Assembly: GCA_964220215.1 (NCBI GenBank)
Contig: CAXPTH010000028.1
Span: 1 to 35,310, forward strand
Source: Alteromonas sp.
GTDB lineage: Bacteria > Margulisbacteria > Marinamargulisbacteria > UBA6595
Length of the DNA: 35,310 nucleotides
Reading direction: 5' to 3'
Position numbers and translations under genes: made by a program. This document shows positions 1 through 9,196 of the stretch, one piece after another (the stretch's first letter is position 1; each line of letters starts with the position of its first letter). Under the pieces are notes generated by a model. The model was not told the origin of the DNA and did no database searches. It was given only the letters and a program-made list of their open reading frames with translations.

Positions 1-150
1 CGGAACCCGAGCCAGAGCCAGTTGTTGAGCCGGAACCCGAGCCAGAGCCAGTTGTTGAGCCGGAACCCGAGCCAGAGCCAGTTGTTGAGCCGGAACCCGA
101 GCCAGAGCCAGTTGTTGAGCCGGAGCCAGAGCCAGTTGTTGAGCCGGAAC
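1..150 (+). repeat. 30-bp coding tandem repeat encoding [10 protein letters not shown]
   Basis: Four perfect copies of cggaacccgagccagagccagttgttgagc (1-120), a fifth copy with a 6-nt in-frame deletion (121-144) and a partial copy; the array runs off the window start. Confidence 0.97.
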
Positions 151-2693
151 CAGAATCCGATGACGCTGATGCTGACGATGGGTTCATCGATCCAGAGGCT
201 ATGACAGAGGAAGAGTTGTTTCGTCAGTTGTTTGGGATTGAAAAGCCCAAAAGTGTGGGGATTGATGTGGATGCGCGGGTGTTTCTTGACGATATGTTTG
301 TTGGCCGTACGGTTATCAAGTCGGACACAAACTTTTCGTTTTATAAAATTAGCAAAACCGTGTTTATCAATTATGTCACCCCGTTTTTAAAAAAGGGTGT
401 TGTTGCGGATTTGAATAAAGCCTTGGCGGATCAAGAGTATTTGGACAAGGCAACGCTAACCGAGAATGGCTTTTCTGTTATGTTTTCAGGTGCGCGTCAG
501 CAATTGAGTATTCAAACGCCAGTGGAAATGCGTGGGGTTCAGACCCTTGATTTTAGCAAGGCCATGTTTGGGGCTTATGATCAAAATGACTTTGAATCGC
601 ATTGGCTGAGTGGTTATTTTGATGTGAACTATTATTCATCGATGGTGGCCTTTCCTGAGGTTAATGTTGAGGCCAAAAATGATTTTTTTCAAATTAACAA
701 TCACGTAGCCATGGGCCCCATATTTTTTGATTCCGAATTTAAAAAAAGCACGGCTGGATACGAATTTAAGCATGCTGAATTCAATTCGTTTTTATCAACC
801 GACCAATATTTTTTTCAAACCGGTATCTTGCGTGACGAGCAATTGGTGGGGTTTCGCCTTAATGATACGTTTATTCATTCGTTGGGGGATGATTATCGAA
901 AAAAAACTAGCTTCTCCTTTGAAACAACCGAGCGGGCTGTTTTAAATGTGTATACCAATGGGAGTTTGACGAATTCTCGGGACTTATACCCGGGCAAATA
1001 TCGGGCGATTAACTTTCCAATTTCGAGTGGGCCCAATGTTATTTTTATTGAAATGGTGGGGGCTAATACCTACAAAAGCAAAACGATTTTTAAATACAAA
1101 TCCAATGATCTTATGGAGCCTTTAGATTATGACTTTGATGTGCAATGGGGGGTATTTGATCGTCGGGATTCGGGCAGTTTAGAAGACCGAATGGTTGCGA
1201 CGCGTCCGCATACGTTAATGAGTCAAAAAGTGGGGCTTTTTTCATTGAATCAATATGCGTCCAATATGACGTTGGAAACCGAATTCAAAACAAACCCGTC
1301 GGTGCGGTTTGTAGAAAATCATTTGCGGTTCGGAACCCCGTTGGGTATTTTTAAGACATCGTATGCTCAATCTCAAAACTTGGATTATGGGATTTATTCT
1401 CATGCGGTGAAATCCGAAATATCCTTTTTGCTCAAAGAGGATTCCAGCTTGGCCAGTTGGCAGGTGTCGTTTGAAAACCAGGCTGAAAATTACTTAGGCT
1501 TTTCCACCAGCGCAGAGCCGATTTCACGAACATCGTATCGGGCCAAACGAACGATGAAAGTTATCAATCAAATGATGATTAAATCCTGGCGGTTTATTAA
1601 AATCCCGTTCACATTTACCAATCAATTTGAAATTAATGAGACGGATATCTTTATGTCCAGCAATCAGTTTTCCACTGGCTTTGGGTATAATAATGTGCAA
1701 GTTAATTTTTCATTGTTTTGGGAATCGCATAAGAAAAACCAGCGGGCCCCCAATCACGTATTTACGTTTGGCCTGAGCTACAATCGGTCCAAAGAGCCCA
1801 TTTATCCAATTAATACACAGGTGGATTTTTCATCTGCCCAATCCCAATGGACATATCGCAATGAGATGCCTTTATATCAAGGCGAAGCTTCAGCCGTCAG
1901 TGTGGAATTCGATCAAAACAAAAACACACTATCCGGGACCTATTCGGCGTATGGGTTTGACAATGGCGTCGAGTATTCGTCTTCGAGCACAGGCACTGGG
2001 CTGGGATTTGCTACGGGACTTAGCAATGATCTGGTTGGCGCGTCGTTTGATACGACGTCTCAGCTAACAGGAACCCCGGAAAACATTCGAAATGCCCAAA
2101 ACTTCAAGTTGTCCACATCGGTTGTTTTTGTGGGTAAGCAATGGGGCCTTGGCCAAGCGGGTGAAAAGAAAGCGTTTGGAATTGTTCAAAAAAGCGCGTT
2201 GCTCAAAGGCCATGCGATTCAAGCGGACAATCTTCCAATTCGGGATCTCTTTCCGGCGGTTGTTACGGGTATGGTTCCAGGGCAAAGCGCCGCTATTTTG
2301 TTGACGTTTGATCAGTTGCCAGAGAAAGCCGACATTACGGACCTTAATTTAGATATTACCCCCGAATATGGCCGAGGGTATGTGACGACCGTGGGTCAAA
2401 AATCGAGCTATTTTGTGTTTGGAACGATTCTAGATGCGGACCAAGAACCCATTGCGTTGCAATTTATTGAAGTAACAGGTCAAGACAACGGATCGGTCAT
2501 TTATGGGTTTACGAATCAATCGGGACGGTTTGAATTTCAGGCAGATACCGAGCAAGCCTATGAGATCCGAGTTGTGGATTACAATTCCAAGCCGTTTATT
2601 TTTGATCTTAACGACACAACGACCAATGGCAAAACGGTTGTTAATATCGGAAAAATTATGCTAATCCGAGAATTAGGCGCGTTGGATGAGTAG
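3..2693 (+). CDS. Fimbrial outer-membrane usher-like protein (Csu/sigma-type), 5'-truncated, with N-terminal Pro/Glu-rich spacer
   Basis: The frame is open from base 3 through the ATG at 201 (EPEPEPVVE...[23 protein letters not shown]). Usher plug-like motif LNVYTNG...[20 protein letters not shown], beta-strand-rich middle, C-terminal [12 protein letters not shown]...[11 protein letters not shown]; next gene is pilin-like. Confidence 0.75.
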   Translation, partial: EPEPEPVVEPEPEPEPVVEPEPEPEPVVEPEPEPEPVVEPEPEPVVEPEPESDDADADDGFIDPEAMTEEELFRQLFGIEKPKSVGIDVDARVFLDDMFVGRTVIKSDTNFSFYKISKTVFINYVTPFLKKGVVADLNKALADQEYLDKATLTENGFSVMFSGARQQLSIQTPVEMRGVQTLDFSKAMFGAYDQNDFESHWLSGYFDVNYYSSMVAFPEVNVEAKNDFFQINNHVAMGPIFFDSEFKKSTAGYEFKHAEFNSFLSTDQYFFQTGILRDEQLVGFRLNDTFIHSLGDDYRKKTSFSFETTERAVLNVYTNGSLTNSRDLYPGKYRAINFPISSGPNVIFIEMVGANTYKSKTIFKYKSNDLMEPLDYDFDVQWGVFDRRDSGSLEDRMVATRPHTLMSQKVGLFSLNQYASNMTLETEFKTNPSVRFVENHLRFGTPLGIFKTSYAQSQNLDYGIYSHAVKSEISFLLKEDSSLASWQVSFENQAENYLGFSTSAEPISRTSYRAKRTMKVINQMMIKSWRFIKIPFTFTNQFEINETDIFMSSNQFSTGFGYNNVQVNFSLFWESHKKNQRAPNHVFTFGLSYNRSKEPIYPINTQVDFSSAQSQWTYRNEMPLYQGEASAVSVEFDQNKNTLSGTYSAYGFDNGVEYSSSSTGTGLGFATGLSNDLVGASFDTTSQLTGTPENIRNAQNFKLSTSVVFVGKQWGLGQAGEKKAFGIVQKSALLKGHAIQADNLPIRDLFPAVVTGMVPGQSAAILLTFDQLPEKADITDLNLDITPEYGRGYVTTVGQKSSYFVFGTILDADQEPIALQFIEVTGQDNGSVIYGFTNQSGRFEFQADTEQAYEIRVVDYNSKPFIFDLNDTTTNGKTVVNIGKIMLIRELGALDE

Positions 2694-2695
2694 GC

Positions 2696-2724
2696 TTGTA
2701 TTTTGGCTGGGGTTTGGCTATACT
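2696..2724 (+). promoter_or_regulatory. sigma70-type promoter, near-leaderless
   Basis: TTGTAT-17nt-TATACT, ending 9 nt before ATG 2734; no Shine-Dalgarno (SD). Confidence 0.6.
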
Positions 2725-2733
2725 TTAGATTAA

Positions 2734-3246
2734 ATGAAATCCATTTTTTACAATCTGTTGATTGGGCTTCTGTTGTGCACAGTATCATTTGGCGTTGTTG
2801 AAAAGTTTTCAGTTCGCTACCCGGTAGAGTCTAAAAGCTTGTTTAAACTGGATCGGCACTTGGACAATGTTGAATATGGTCAATTAAAAGTGGGGTCTTT
2901 TTCTTTTAAAAATAATACTACGGATGGCTTTGAGGTTGTGTTGTCGAGTTTAAATGGCAGCGAGTTGAAGCCAACGGACTATTCGGATGGGTCAACCGGC
3001 ATTCCTTATTCAGTGAGTTTAACCCCACTAACAAGTGTGTTGGATGGCAATGTTCAGCAAAATTTAGAGCCTAATTTAACCATCCCTGGCTATGCCGTCC
3101 AAGTGATTTATCTCATTGATTTGCCGACCCAGTCTTCGTATGGCAAATACGATATTGTGGTGAATATTGGGGACGAGACTCAGACAACGATGGATCTAGC
3201 GGGCAACTATCACGATACCCTTGAACTAATCTACCGCGATATTTAA
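2734..3246 (+). CDS. Secreted Csu/spore-coat-U-like fimbrial subunit
   Basis: N-terminal signal peptide, 170 aa beta-rich, C-terminal AGNYHDTLELIY matching the AGxYxDT motif of Csu-type pilins; adjacent to usher. Confidence 0.65.
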   Translation: MKSIFYNLLIGLLLCTVSFGVVEKFSVRYPVESKSLFKLDRHLDNVEYGQLKVGSFSFKNNTTDGFEVVLSSLNGSELKPTDYSDGSTGIPYSVSLTPLTSVLDGNVQQNLEPNLTIPGYAVQVIYLIDLPTQSSYGKYDIVVNIGDETQTTMDLAGNYHDTLELIYRDI

Positions 3247-3274
3247 TTGTCTCCACGAAGGGGTTTGATATACT
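3247..3274 (+). promoter_or_regulatory. Extended -10 promoter, leaderless
   Basis: TTGTCT-16nt-TATACT with TG extension (TGaTATACT); ATG 3281 follows after 6 nt. Confidence 0.7.
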
Positions 3275-3280
3275 ATAGAC

Positions 3281-4657
3281 ATGGAAACGTTTGATATTAT
3301 CGTCATTGGGACTGGCGGGGGAACAAAAATTGTCCGGCCAGCGGCAGCCTTGGGGTATCGGGTTGCGGTCATTGAAAAGGGGCGTTTGGGCGGCACGTGC
3401 TTAAATCATGGGTGTATTCCGTCAAAAATGCTCATTCATGCGGCTGAGGTTGCCGATACGGTTGCGCATGCGCATCGATTTGATATAGAAGCCGCTGTGA
3501 ATCGGGTGCAGTTTGCCCAGCTGGTGAATCGAGTGTCGGGGGTGATTGATGCCGAGTCGGATTCGATCGAGCCGCTGTATGCGCGTACGGATAACGTCAC
3601 GTTGTTTAAAGGCGCTGCCCGGTTTGTGAGCAACACCGTTGTTCAGGTTGGTGACACTCGGCTAACAGCGCCTAAAATTGTCATTGCAACGGGAGCTAAA
3701 GCGCGCATTCCGGCGATTCCAGGATTGGATACGGTGCCGTATTTAACGTATAAAACAGCGTTGCGTTTAACGCAGCAGCCGGCCTCGATGATTGTCATCG
3801 GTGGGGGGTATATTGCGGTGGAGTTGGGCCATTATTTTGCAGCGTTAGGCACATCGGTGACCTTTGTGGTGCGCAGTGGTCTGGTGCCGAGCGAGGATCG
3901 GGATATTCGAGCCGAATTTGAGCGTGTGTTTAAGGGCCGGCATACTGTTTATGACTATGCAGCCGTTGAGTCGGTCGAGTCGGTCCCCGAGGGGGTTTGT
4001 GTGACGGTTCAGCATCAGGGAGCAACGCATCGGTTGGTGGCCGAGCAGCTCTTACTGGCGGCCGGTGTTGTGCCGGAGACGGATCAGCTGGGGTTGGAAA
4101 ATACAGACATTTGCTGCTGTCCCAAAGGGTTTATCCAAACCGATGATCATGCGCGGACGGCGGTTGATGGGGTTGTGGCTTTGGGGGATGTGCGGGGTCA
4201 GGAATTTTTCCGCCACACGGCCAATTTTGAGGGTGAGTATGTCTTTCAGCGTCATGTTGCGGGGACGGAATCGGGGCCGATGCGCTATCCGTCTGTCCCC
4301 CATGCTATATTTACGGACCCTCAAATTGCGGGGGTGGGTATTTGTGAGCCGGCCGATGCATCGGGGGTTATTGTTGGCATGAACGCCTATAAAGATTCTG
4401 CGATGGGCATGGCGTTGCGATCCGAGCATGGATTTGTCAAAGTGCTGTTTGACCGATCCAGTTTGCGCCTAGTGGGTGCGCATATTATTGGGCCAGAAGC
4501 GGCCACCATGATTCATACGTGCATGGCCTTTTTGCATATGAAGGCGACGGTGTCGGACATGGCGGGGTTGATGTATATTCATCCGGCCTTGCCGGAAGTT
4601 ATTCGCAATGCGGTCCGCAATGCGGTGCACAATGCAAAACAGGAAGTAAACGCATGA
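3281..4657 (+). CDS. Class I pyridine nucleotide-disulfide oxidoreductase (mycothione reductase / dihydrolipoyl dehydrogenase family)
   Basis: GGTCLNHGCIPSK redox disulfide, GGGYIAVE second Rossmann motif, C-terminal YIHPALPE His-Glu pair. Confidence 0.9.
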   Translation: METFDIIVIGTGGGTKIVRPAAALGYRVAVIEKGRLGGTCLNHGCIPSKMLIHAAEVADTVAHAHRFDIEAAVNRVQFAQLVNRVSGVIDAESDSIEPLYARTDNVTLFKGAARFVSNTVVQVGDTRLTAPKIVIATGAKARIPAIPGLDTVPYLTYKTALRLTQQPASMIVIGGGYIAVELGHYFAALGTSVTFVVRSGLVPSEDRDIRAEFERVFKGRHTVYDYAAVESVESVPEGVCVTVQHQGATHRLVAEQLLLAAGVVPETDQLGLENTDICCCPKGFIQTDDHARTAVDGVVALGDVRGQEFFRHTANFEGEYVFQRHVAGTESGPMRYPSVPHAIFTDPQIAGVGICEPADASGVIVGMNAYKDSAMGMALRSEHGFVKVLFDRSSLRLVGAHIIGPEAATMIHTCMAFLHMKATVSDMAGLMYIHPALPEVIRNAVRNAVHNAKQEVNA

Positions 4658-6189
4658 GTTCATCCAGTCGGCACATAAAAATTTTTGATACAACGTTGCG
4701 CGATGGGGAGCAGTCGCCGGGTTGTTCCATGAACCAAAAAGAAAAGGTAGCGGTGGCCCAGCAATTGGAGCGGCTAAACGTTGATATTATCGAGGCCGGA
4801 TTCGCCATTGCTTCGCCCGGCGATTTTGCGTCGATTCAGGCCATTGCGCAGGCGGTCAAAGCACCGATTATTTGCAGTTTGGCGCGAGCGAAAAAAGCAG
4901 ACATTCAGGCGGCGGCTGATTCGTTGGCGTTGGCCAAGCGTAAGCGCATCCACACGTTTATTGCCACCTCACCGGTGCATATGCAGTACAAGTTGATGAT
5001 GACGCCGGACCAAGTGGTCGACACAGCGGTTGAGGCGGTTCGGTTGGCCAAATCCTTTGTGGCCGATGTGGAGTTTTCGTGCGAAGATGCGGGTCGATCC
5101 GATTGGGATTTTTTGGTCCGTGTGGTCACAGCGGCGATTCAAGCGGGGGCAACCACCATTAATATTCCGGATACGGTTGGGTATCAATTGCCCGATGGCG
5201 ACCGGGGGTTTGGGGCCTTAATTGCGTATTTAATGGACCGAGTGCCCGGGATTGATGCCGTGGATTTATCGGTGCATTGTCACGATGATTTGGGGTTGGC
5301 GACGGCCAATGCCTTGGCGGGCGTTCGGGCCGGTGCGTCTCAGATTGAGTGTACCATTAATGGGATTGGGGAGCGGGCGGGCAACACCCCGTTGGAAGAG
5401 ATTGTGATGGCGTTGCAGGTTCGGTCGGATGATTTGGGGGTGCATACTAGCATACACACGCCTGAAATTATGGCGGCGTCTCGTTTGGTGACGCGCATTA
5501 CAGGGTCCGTTGTTCAGCCCAACAAGGCCATTGTAGGCGCCAATGCCTTTGCCCATGAAGCCGGTATTCATCAGCATGGCATGCTGAAAAATCGGGATAC
5601 CTATGAAATTATGACAGCCGAATCGGTGGGTCGGGTGGACAGCACGTTGGTGTTGGGGAAGCATTCGGGTCGCCATGCGTTTATCGACAAATTAAAGGCG
5701 TTGAATATTCAGGCATCCGATGCCGATATTACGCGGGCATTTGAGCGATTTAAGCGGGTGTGTGATGTCAAAAAGCAGTTGACGGATCGAGACATTGAGG
5801 CGTTGGTTATGGATGAGCAAGACCAAGGGGCCACAGCCCTTGTGCTCAATACGGTGGCGGTTGTTACAGGCAATGGGCCGAAGCCCAGCGCGACGGTATC
5901 GTTGTTTCAGGAGGATCGGGAATGGGTGGGGACTGAAACGGGAGAAGGGTCGGTGGATGCCATTTACAACACGGTGGACGCCTTGGTGGGCGAGACGTTT
6001 GATTTGGTGGACTACGTCATTCATTCGGTTACGGGTGGGACGGACGCTATTGCTGAGGTCACGGTTCGGCTGCAAGAAAATGGCCAAATTTTTGTGGGGC
6101 GTGGGGCTGCGTTGGATGTGCTGGTGGCGTCGGCCAAGGCGTATATCAATGCGATTAATCAACTGCGCGATAAACGGGATCGCACATGA
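4654..6189 (+). CDS. leuA: 2-isopropylmalate synthase
   Basis: DTTLRDGEQSPG, HCHDDLG, NGIGERAGN, HEAGIHQHG and C-terminal regulatory domain; start reassigned to ATG 4654 (ATGA overlap with upstream stop). Confidence 0.96.
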   Translation: MSSSSRHIKIFDTTLRDGEQSPGCSMNQKEKVAVAQQLERLNVDIIEAGFAIASPGDFASIQAIAQAVKAPIICSLARAKKADIQAAADSLALAKRKRIHTFIATSPVHMQYKLMMTPDQVVDTAVEAVRLAKSFVADVEFSCEDAGRSDWDFLVRVVTAAIQAGATTINIPDTVGYQLPDGDRGFGALIAYLMDRVPGIDAVDLSVHCHDDLGLATANALAGVRAGASQIECTINGIGERAGNTPLEEIVMALQVRSDDLGVHTSIHTPEIMAASRLVTRITGSVVQPNKAIVGANAFAHEAGIHQHGMLKNRDTYEIMTAESVGRVDSTLVLGKHSGRHAFIDKLKALNIQASDADITRAFERFKRVCDVKKQLTDRDIEALVMDEQDQGATALVLNTVAVVTGNGPKPSATVSLFQEDREWVGTETGEGSVDAIYNTVDALVGETFDLVDYVIHSVTGGTDAIAEVTVRLQENGQIFVGRGAALDVLVASAKAYINAINQLRDKRDRT

Positions 6190-6923
6190 CACGCATGCAG
6201 CAATTGCTGGCGGCTTTAGAAACGGCCAAGGCAGAATTAAATCAGCATCCGATTTATGCCGAGTTGGTGTCGGTAGACGCATTGCGGTTGTTTATGAGCT
6301 ACCATGTGTATGCGGTGTGGGATTTTATGAATTTGTTAACCGCTTTGCAAACCATGCACACAACGACAACGGTTCCGTGGCAGCCCCCGTCGACGCCCAA
6401 GCTGGCATATTTTGTTAATGCAATTAAGTTAGAAGAAGAGTCCGACTGCATTGATGGGCAGCATACGAGTCATTTTCAGTTTTATCGACAAAGCATGGTG
6501 GATCTTGGCCTGGACGATGGCCCAATTGCGGCATTTTTAGCGGATGTTTCACACAATTACGATCATGCATTGGCCCGGGCTCCCGAGCCAGTTCGGCCGT
6601 TTTTAATGCATACCCATGCGTGTATTCAAGCCGGCCCGGTGGCCGTGGCCGCTAGTTTTGCGTTTGGTCGAGAAACCATAATCCCCGCGATGTTTTCCCG
6701 TATTTTAGCGCAATTGCCCGGCGATGGGCCGCATCAACGATTTAAAGCGTATTTGGATCGGCATATTGAATTGGATGGCGATGAGCATGGCGCTTTGGCT
6801 CAAGAATTGGTCGCAACGACCTGTGGGGAGTCTCAGCCAGCGTGGGATCAGGCGACGCAGTGGGCCCTGTCGGCGATACACGCGCGGATTGCACTGTATT
6901 CAGCGATTCAAAACGCGGTTTAA
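6186..6923 (+). CDS. DUF3050 family protein (heme-oxygenase-like helical fold)
   Basis: HVYAVWDFM, EEESD, FAFGRE and RHIELDGDEHG motifs; ATGA overlap with leuA. Confidence 0.85.
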   Translation: MTRMQQLLAALETAKAELNQHPIYAELVSVDALRLFMSYHVYAVWDFMNLLTALQTMHTTTTVPWQPPSTPKLAYFVNAIKLEEESDCIDGQHTSHFQFYRQSMVDLGLDDGPIAAFLADVSHNYDHALARAPEPVRPFLMHTHACIQAGPVAVAASFAFGRETIIPAMFSRILAQLPGDGPHQRFKAYLDRHIELDGDEHGALAQELVATTCGESQPAWDQATQWALSAIHARIALYSAIQNAV

Positions 6924-7330
6924 TACGTCAACAAAACATCCGTATTGTTGTGCCCATAGGCGGTGAGGGTATACCCGGTATCTGTGCGAGTGTAAACGAG
7001 TTGGCCACTGGAGTCTGAGGCGCTATAGGGTGTCTGCGTAAAGGGGTTTTGGGTAGGGCCCAGGGCGCCATCCGATTGCAAGGTAGCAAGCAGGGTTTCA
7101 ATGGGTTGGGTGTTTGGGTAGTCTCTGTGCGTGAGGTAATGAGATTCGAGTGCCAATTGAATAGCGGTTGCGGCTGTTCGCACGTTGGCTTCTTTGGCCT
7201 TGGTGCGAATGAGTGAAAACTTTGGGGTTACCATGGCGGTGAGTATACCAATGATGGTCAAGGTCAAGATTAGCTCAATAAGCGTAAATCCTTTTTTATT
7301 AAAATAATTAATTTGCGTTAGTTTTTTCAT
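6920..7330 (-). CDS. Prepilin-type N-terminal cleavage/methylation protein (type IV pilin / GspG-like pseudopilin)
   Basis: KKG^FTLIEL class III signal peptide, hydrophobic helix, ALESHY...YP and NPF motifs. Confidence 0.92.
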   Translation of the reverse strand: MKKLTQINYFNKKGFTLIELILTLTIIGILTAMVTPKFSLIRTKAKEANVRTAATAIQLALESHYLTHRDYPNTQPIETLLATLQSDGALGPTQNPFTQTPYSASDSSGQLVYTRTDTGYTLTAYGHNNTDVLLTY

Positions 7331-7337
7331 GGGGCTT

Positions 7338-7346
7338 ATTTTAGCA
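7338..7346 (-). promoter_or_regulatory. Extended -10 promoter, leaderless (pilin gene)
   Basis: Minus strand TGcTAAAAT-aagcccc-ATG (7-nt gap), no SD. Confidence 0.65.
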
Positions 7347-7351
7347 TAGAC

Positions 7352-7380
7352 TTGTGTATTCAGCCATGGTTTGGTACAGT
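7352..7380 (+). promoter_or_regulatory. Promoter of tRNA-Tyr
   Basis: TTGTGT-17nt-TACAGT with TG extension, 13 nt before the mature tRNA 5' end. Confidence 0.6.
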
Positions 7381-7393
7381 AATAGAGTTGTGT

Positions 7394-7480
7394 GGAGGGA
7401 TGGCAGAGCGGTCAATTGCAGCAGACTGTAAATCTGCCGAGTTTATCTCTACGTTGGTTCGAATCCAGCTCCCTCCACCA
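7394..7480 (+). tRNA. tRNA-Tyr(GTA)
   Basis: Acceptor GGAGGGA/TCCCTCC + ACCA, anticodon arm GCAGA-CTGTAAA-TCTGC, long variable arm, T arm GGTTCGAATCC. Confidence 0.98.
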
Positions 7481-7528
7481 TTAAATTTAGAAAATTGGAT
7501 ACGCTTTCATAACTGGGGTTGGTATATG

Positions 7529-8773
7529 TTATTCACCGGCCACCTGCGATAGTTTGTTTTGTATCAGCGTAATGGTCGTGTTACTCACGCCATAGTGCTT
7601 TGCGAGCACTGGCCATTGCGACAGGCTTGCTTGTGTTGCGTTAATAATCTCATGCGCATGGCTTTTTTTAATACCTGCTTCATCCGCAAGGTTTAACAGG
7701 TGGGATATGCTCGGTTTTTTGCCTTCACCCATCACCATTGTGCTTTGCTCGCCATACGGGCCAGATGAGAATGTAAGATCATAGGCTGGTGAGAGGGTCC
7801 ACCCACCATGGCGATCCATGATATAGCTGAAATTTTTCGAATGATCATCGCGGTTATGGGCCAGCACGTTAAACACAGCCAGTTTATAGAGCTTTTCTAC
7901 CTCACGCACATCACGCGTGAGCATGCCCGTCAGCGCGATCAGATCCGCGTAATCCAATGAAGGTGTGCGAAAATCGGAATGCAATAACCCGCAAGCGGTG
8001 TGCATGTGGTAGCGGTTGTTCCCATTGCGATCAAACCGCTTAATCGCAAAATAACCGGCGCCGCGCTGCGCTGAAAAAAGATGAACCTCGGGTATGGAAA
8101 TACCGGCCGCTTTTGCCATCAAGGCATACACGTATTCGATTGCACCGGCATCAAGGCCGTCCGAACTGTTCGGAAATTTGACCATCCATGGCGTATAACC
8201 GGTCGGCAAATCATGGATACCATGCACAATAGTATTCCGCTTTTCGTTGACACCAATGAGTGCTTTTGGTCGTGCACCGGCCGACGATCCATTCAAGGCG
8301 ATCAGCGCTGCCAATGCGTCATCCGATGTGCCGGCCAAAACGGCTTGTGTTTGTGTGGCAAGGTGATCGAGGCTCAACTCGCTGGGCGTGTCATCGGTAT
8401 GATGATCCGGTTCAAACACAAGTGCGCCAAGGGCGTTCGAACCAACATGTGCCAAACGATCGAGCGGTGTGATGTCGGACGGCAATAGTCCTTGAGTACG
8501 GTCAAAACGATCAAACAATAACCGTCCCCACCCATCAGGCAAACTGTCATTAAATACGCCGGGCAAGCCTTCAAAAAGATCGTAATCAAAACGCTGCACC
8601 CCGGGTAGTAGCGGTAAGCGTAGCGGGGATAGTTCGAGGCCGCTGTTTATGAAGGTGCTATCATACTCAAAATAAATGGTGTGCTTGTGCGTCGCTAACC
8701 GGCCGACAGCCTGTACGCCGTTGCCAAAATTAATACCGACGGTTATTTCGGTTACTGGGCGATGGGTATTCAT
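7529..8773 (-). CDS. hipA: HipA family toxin (Ser/Thr kinase)
   Basis: N-terminal FNDSLPDGWG, P-loop GSSAGARPK, RFDR, catalytic NRDDHSKNFS, SPAYDL. Confidence 0.96.
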   Translation of the reverse strand: MNTHRPVTEITVGINFGNGVQAVGRLATHKHTIYFEYDSTFINSGLELSPLRLPLLPGVQRFDYDLFEGLPGVFNDSLPDGWGRLLFDRFDRTQGLLPSDITPLDRLAHVGSNALGALVFEPDHHTDDTPSELSLDHLATQTQAVLAGTSDDALAALIALNGSSAGARPKALIGVNEKRNTIVHGIHDLPTGYTPWMVKFPNSSDGLDAGAIEYVYALMAKAAGISIPEVHLFSAQRGAGYFAIKRFDRNGNNRYHMHTACGLLHSDFRTPSLDYADLIALTGMLTRDVREVEKLYKLAVFNVLAHNRDDHSKNFSYIMDRHGGWTLSPAYDLTFSSGPYGEQSTMVMGEGKKPSISHLLNLADEAGIKKSHAHEIINATQASLSQWPVLAKHYGVSNTTITLIQNKLSQVAGE

Positions 8774-9075
8774 GTGCGCTTTCCTCTTTTTCGGGGGGGA
8801 TTGCTGTTTGCGTCCAACACCGCATCAATTGATGAAAAAATCGTGTCGTTGACTTGCGTGGCTTTGAGGATGTCTTCTAATCCACCAAGAACCATATGGA
8901 GCTTGAGAAATGATTCCAGAGAGATTTTTCCGGTCTGTTCAAATTTACGAAGCGTCGGCAAGGCAACCCCAGAGCGTTCGGCAAGTTCTTTCTGCGTCAA
9001 TTTCATGTGCAGCCGTCGTCTGCGTGCTTGTTCGGCAAGCTTTTTTTGTGCTTTTGTTGGTGTTATAAGTAACAT
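8770..9075 (-). CDS. hipB: XRE-family HTH antitoxin (HipB-like)
   Basis: LTQKELAERSGVALPTLRKFE HTH; 4-nt overlap directly upstream of hipA. Confidence 0.9.
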   Translation of the reverse strand: MLLITPTKAQKKLAEQARRRRLHMKLTQKELAERSGVALPTLRKFEQTGKISLESFLKLHMVLGGLEDILKATQVNDTIFSSIDAVLDANSNPPRKRGKRT

Positions 9076-9196
9076 AATTATATCTTAAATCCTAATTAAT
9101 TTGCATATATTAATATTATAGTATTAAAAAAATAAAAATTAAGCAAGCGTTAGCTGGCGAGAGAATACGCTATCGATCAACCGAATAATGGTGGGC

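Noticed and set aside
1..150. CRISPR-like 30-bp repeats
   Set aside because: Head-to-tail with no spacers, and coding.
22..204. 60-aa [13 protein letters not shown] repeats
   Set aside because: Wrong-frame reading of the Pro/Glu repeat, which is in frame with the usher.
4519..4653. N-terminal extension of LeuA
   Set aside because: Overlaps the reductase gene; the conserved LeuA start follows the ATGA junction at 4654.
5692..6418. Long alternative-frame ORFs (196 and 207 aa) and similar shadow ORFs elsewhere
   Set aside because: They overlap well-conserved genes and show no recognisable motifs.
7352..7552. 66-aa ORF
   Set aside because: It is a translation of the tRNA-Tyr gene and its promoter.
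9076..9145. HipB operator palindromes such as ATATTAATAT
   Set aside because: Expected by chance in such AT-rich DNA.
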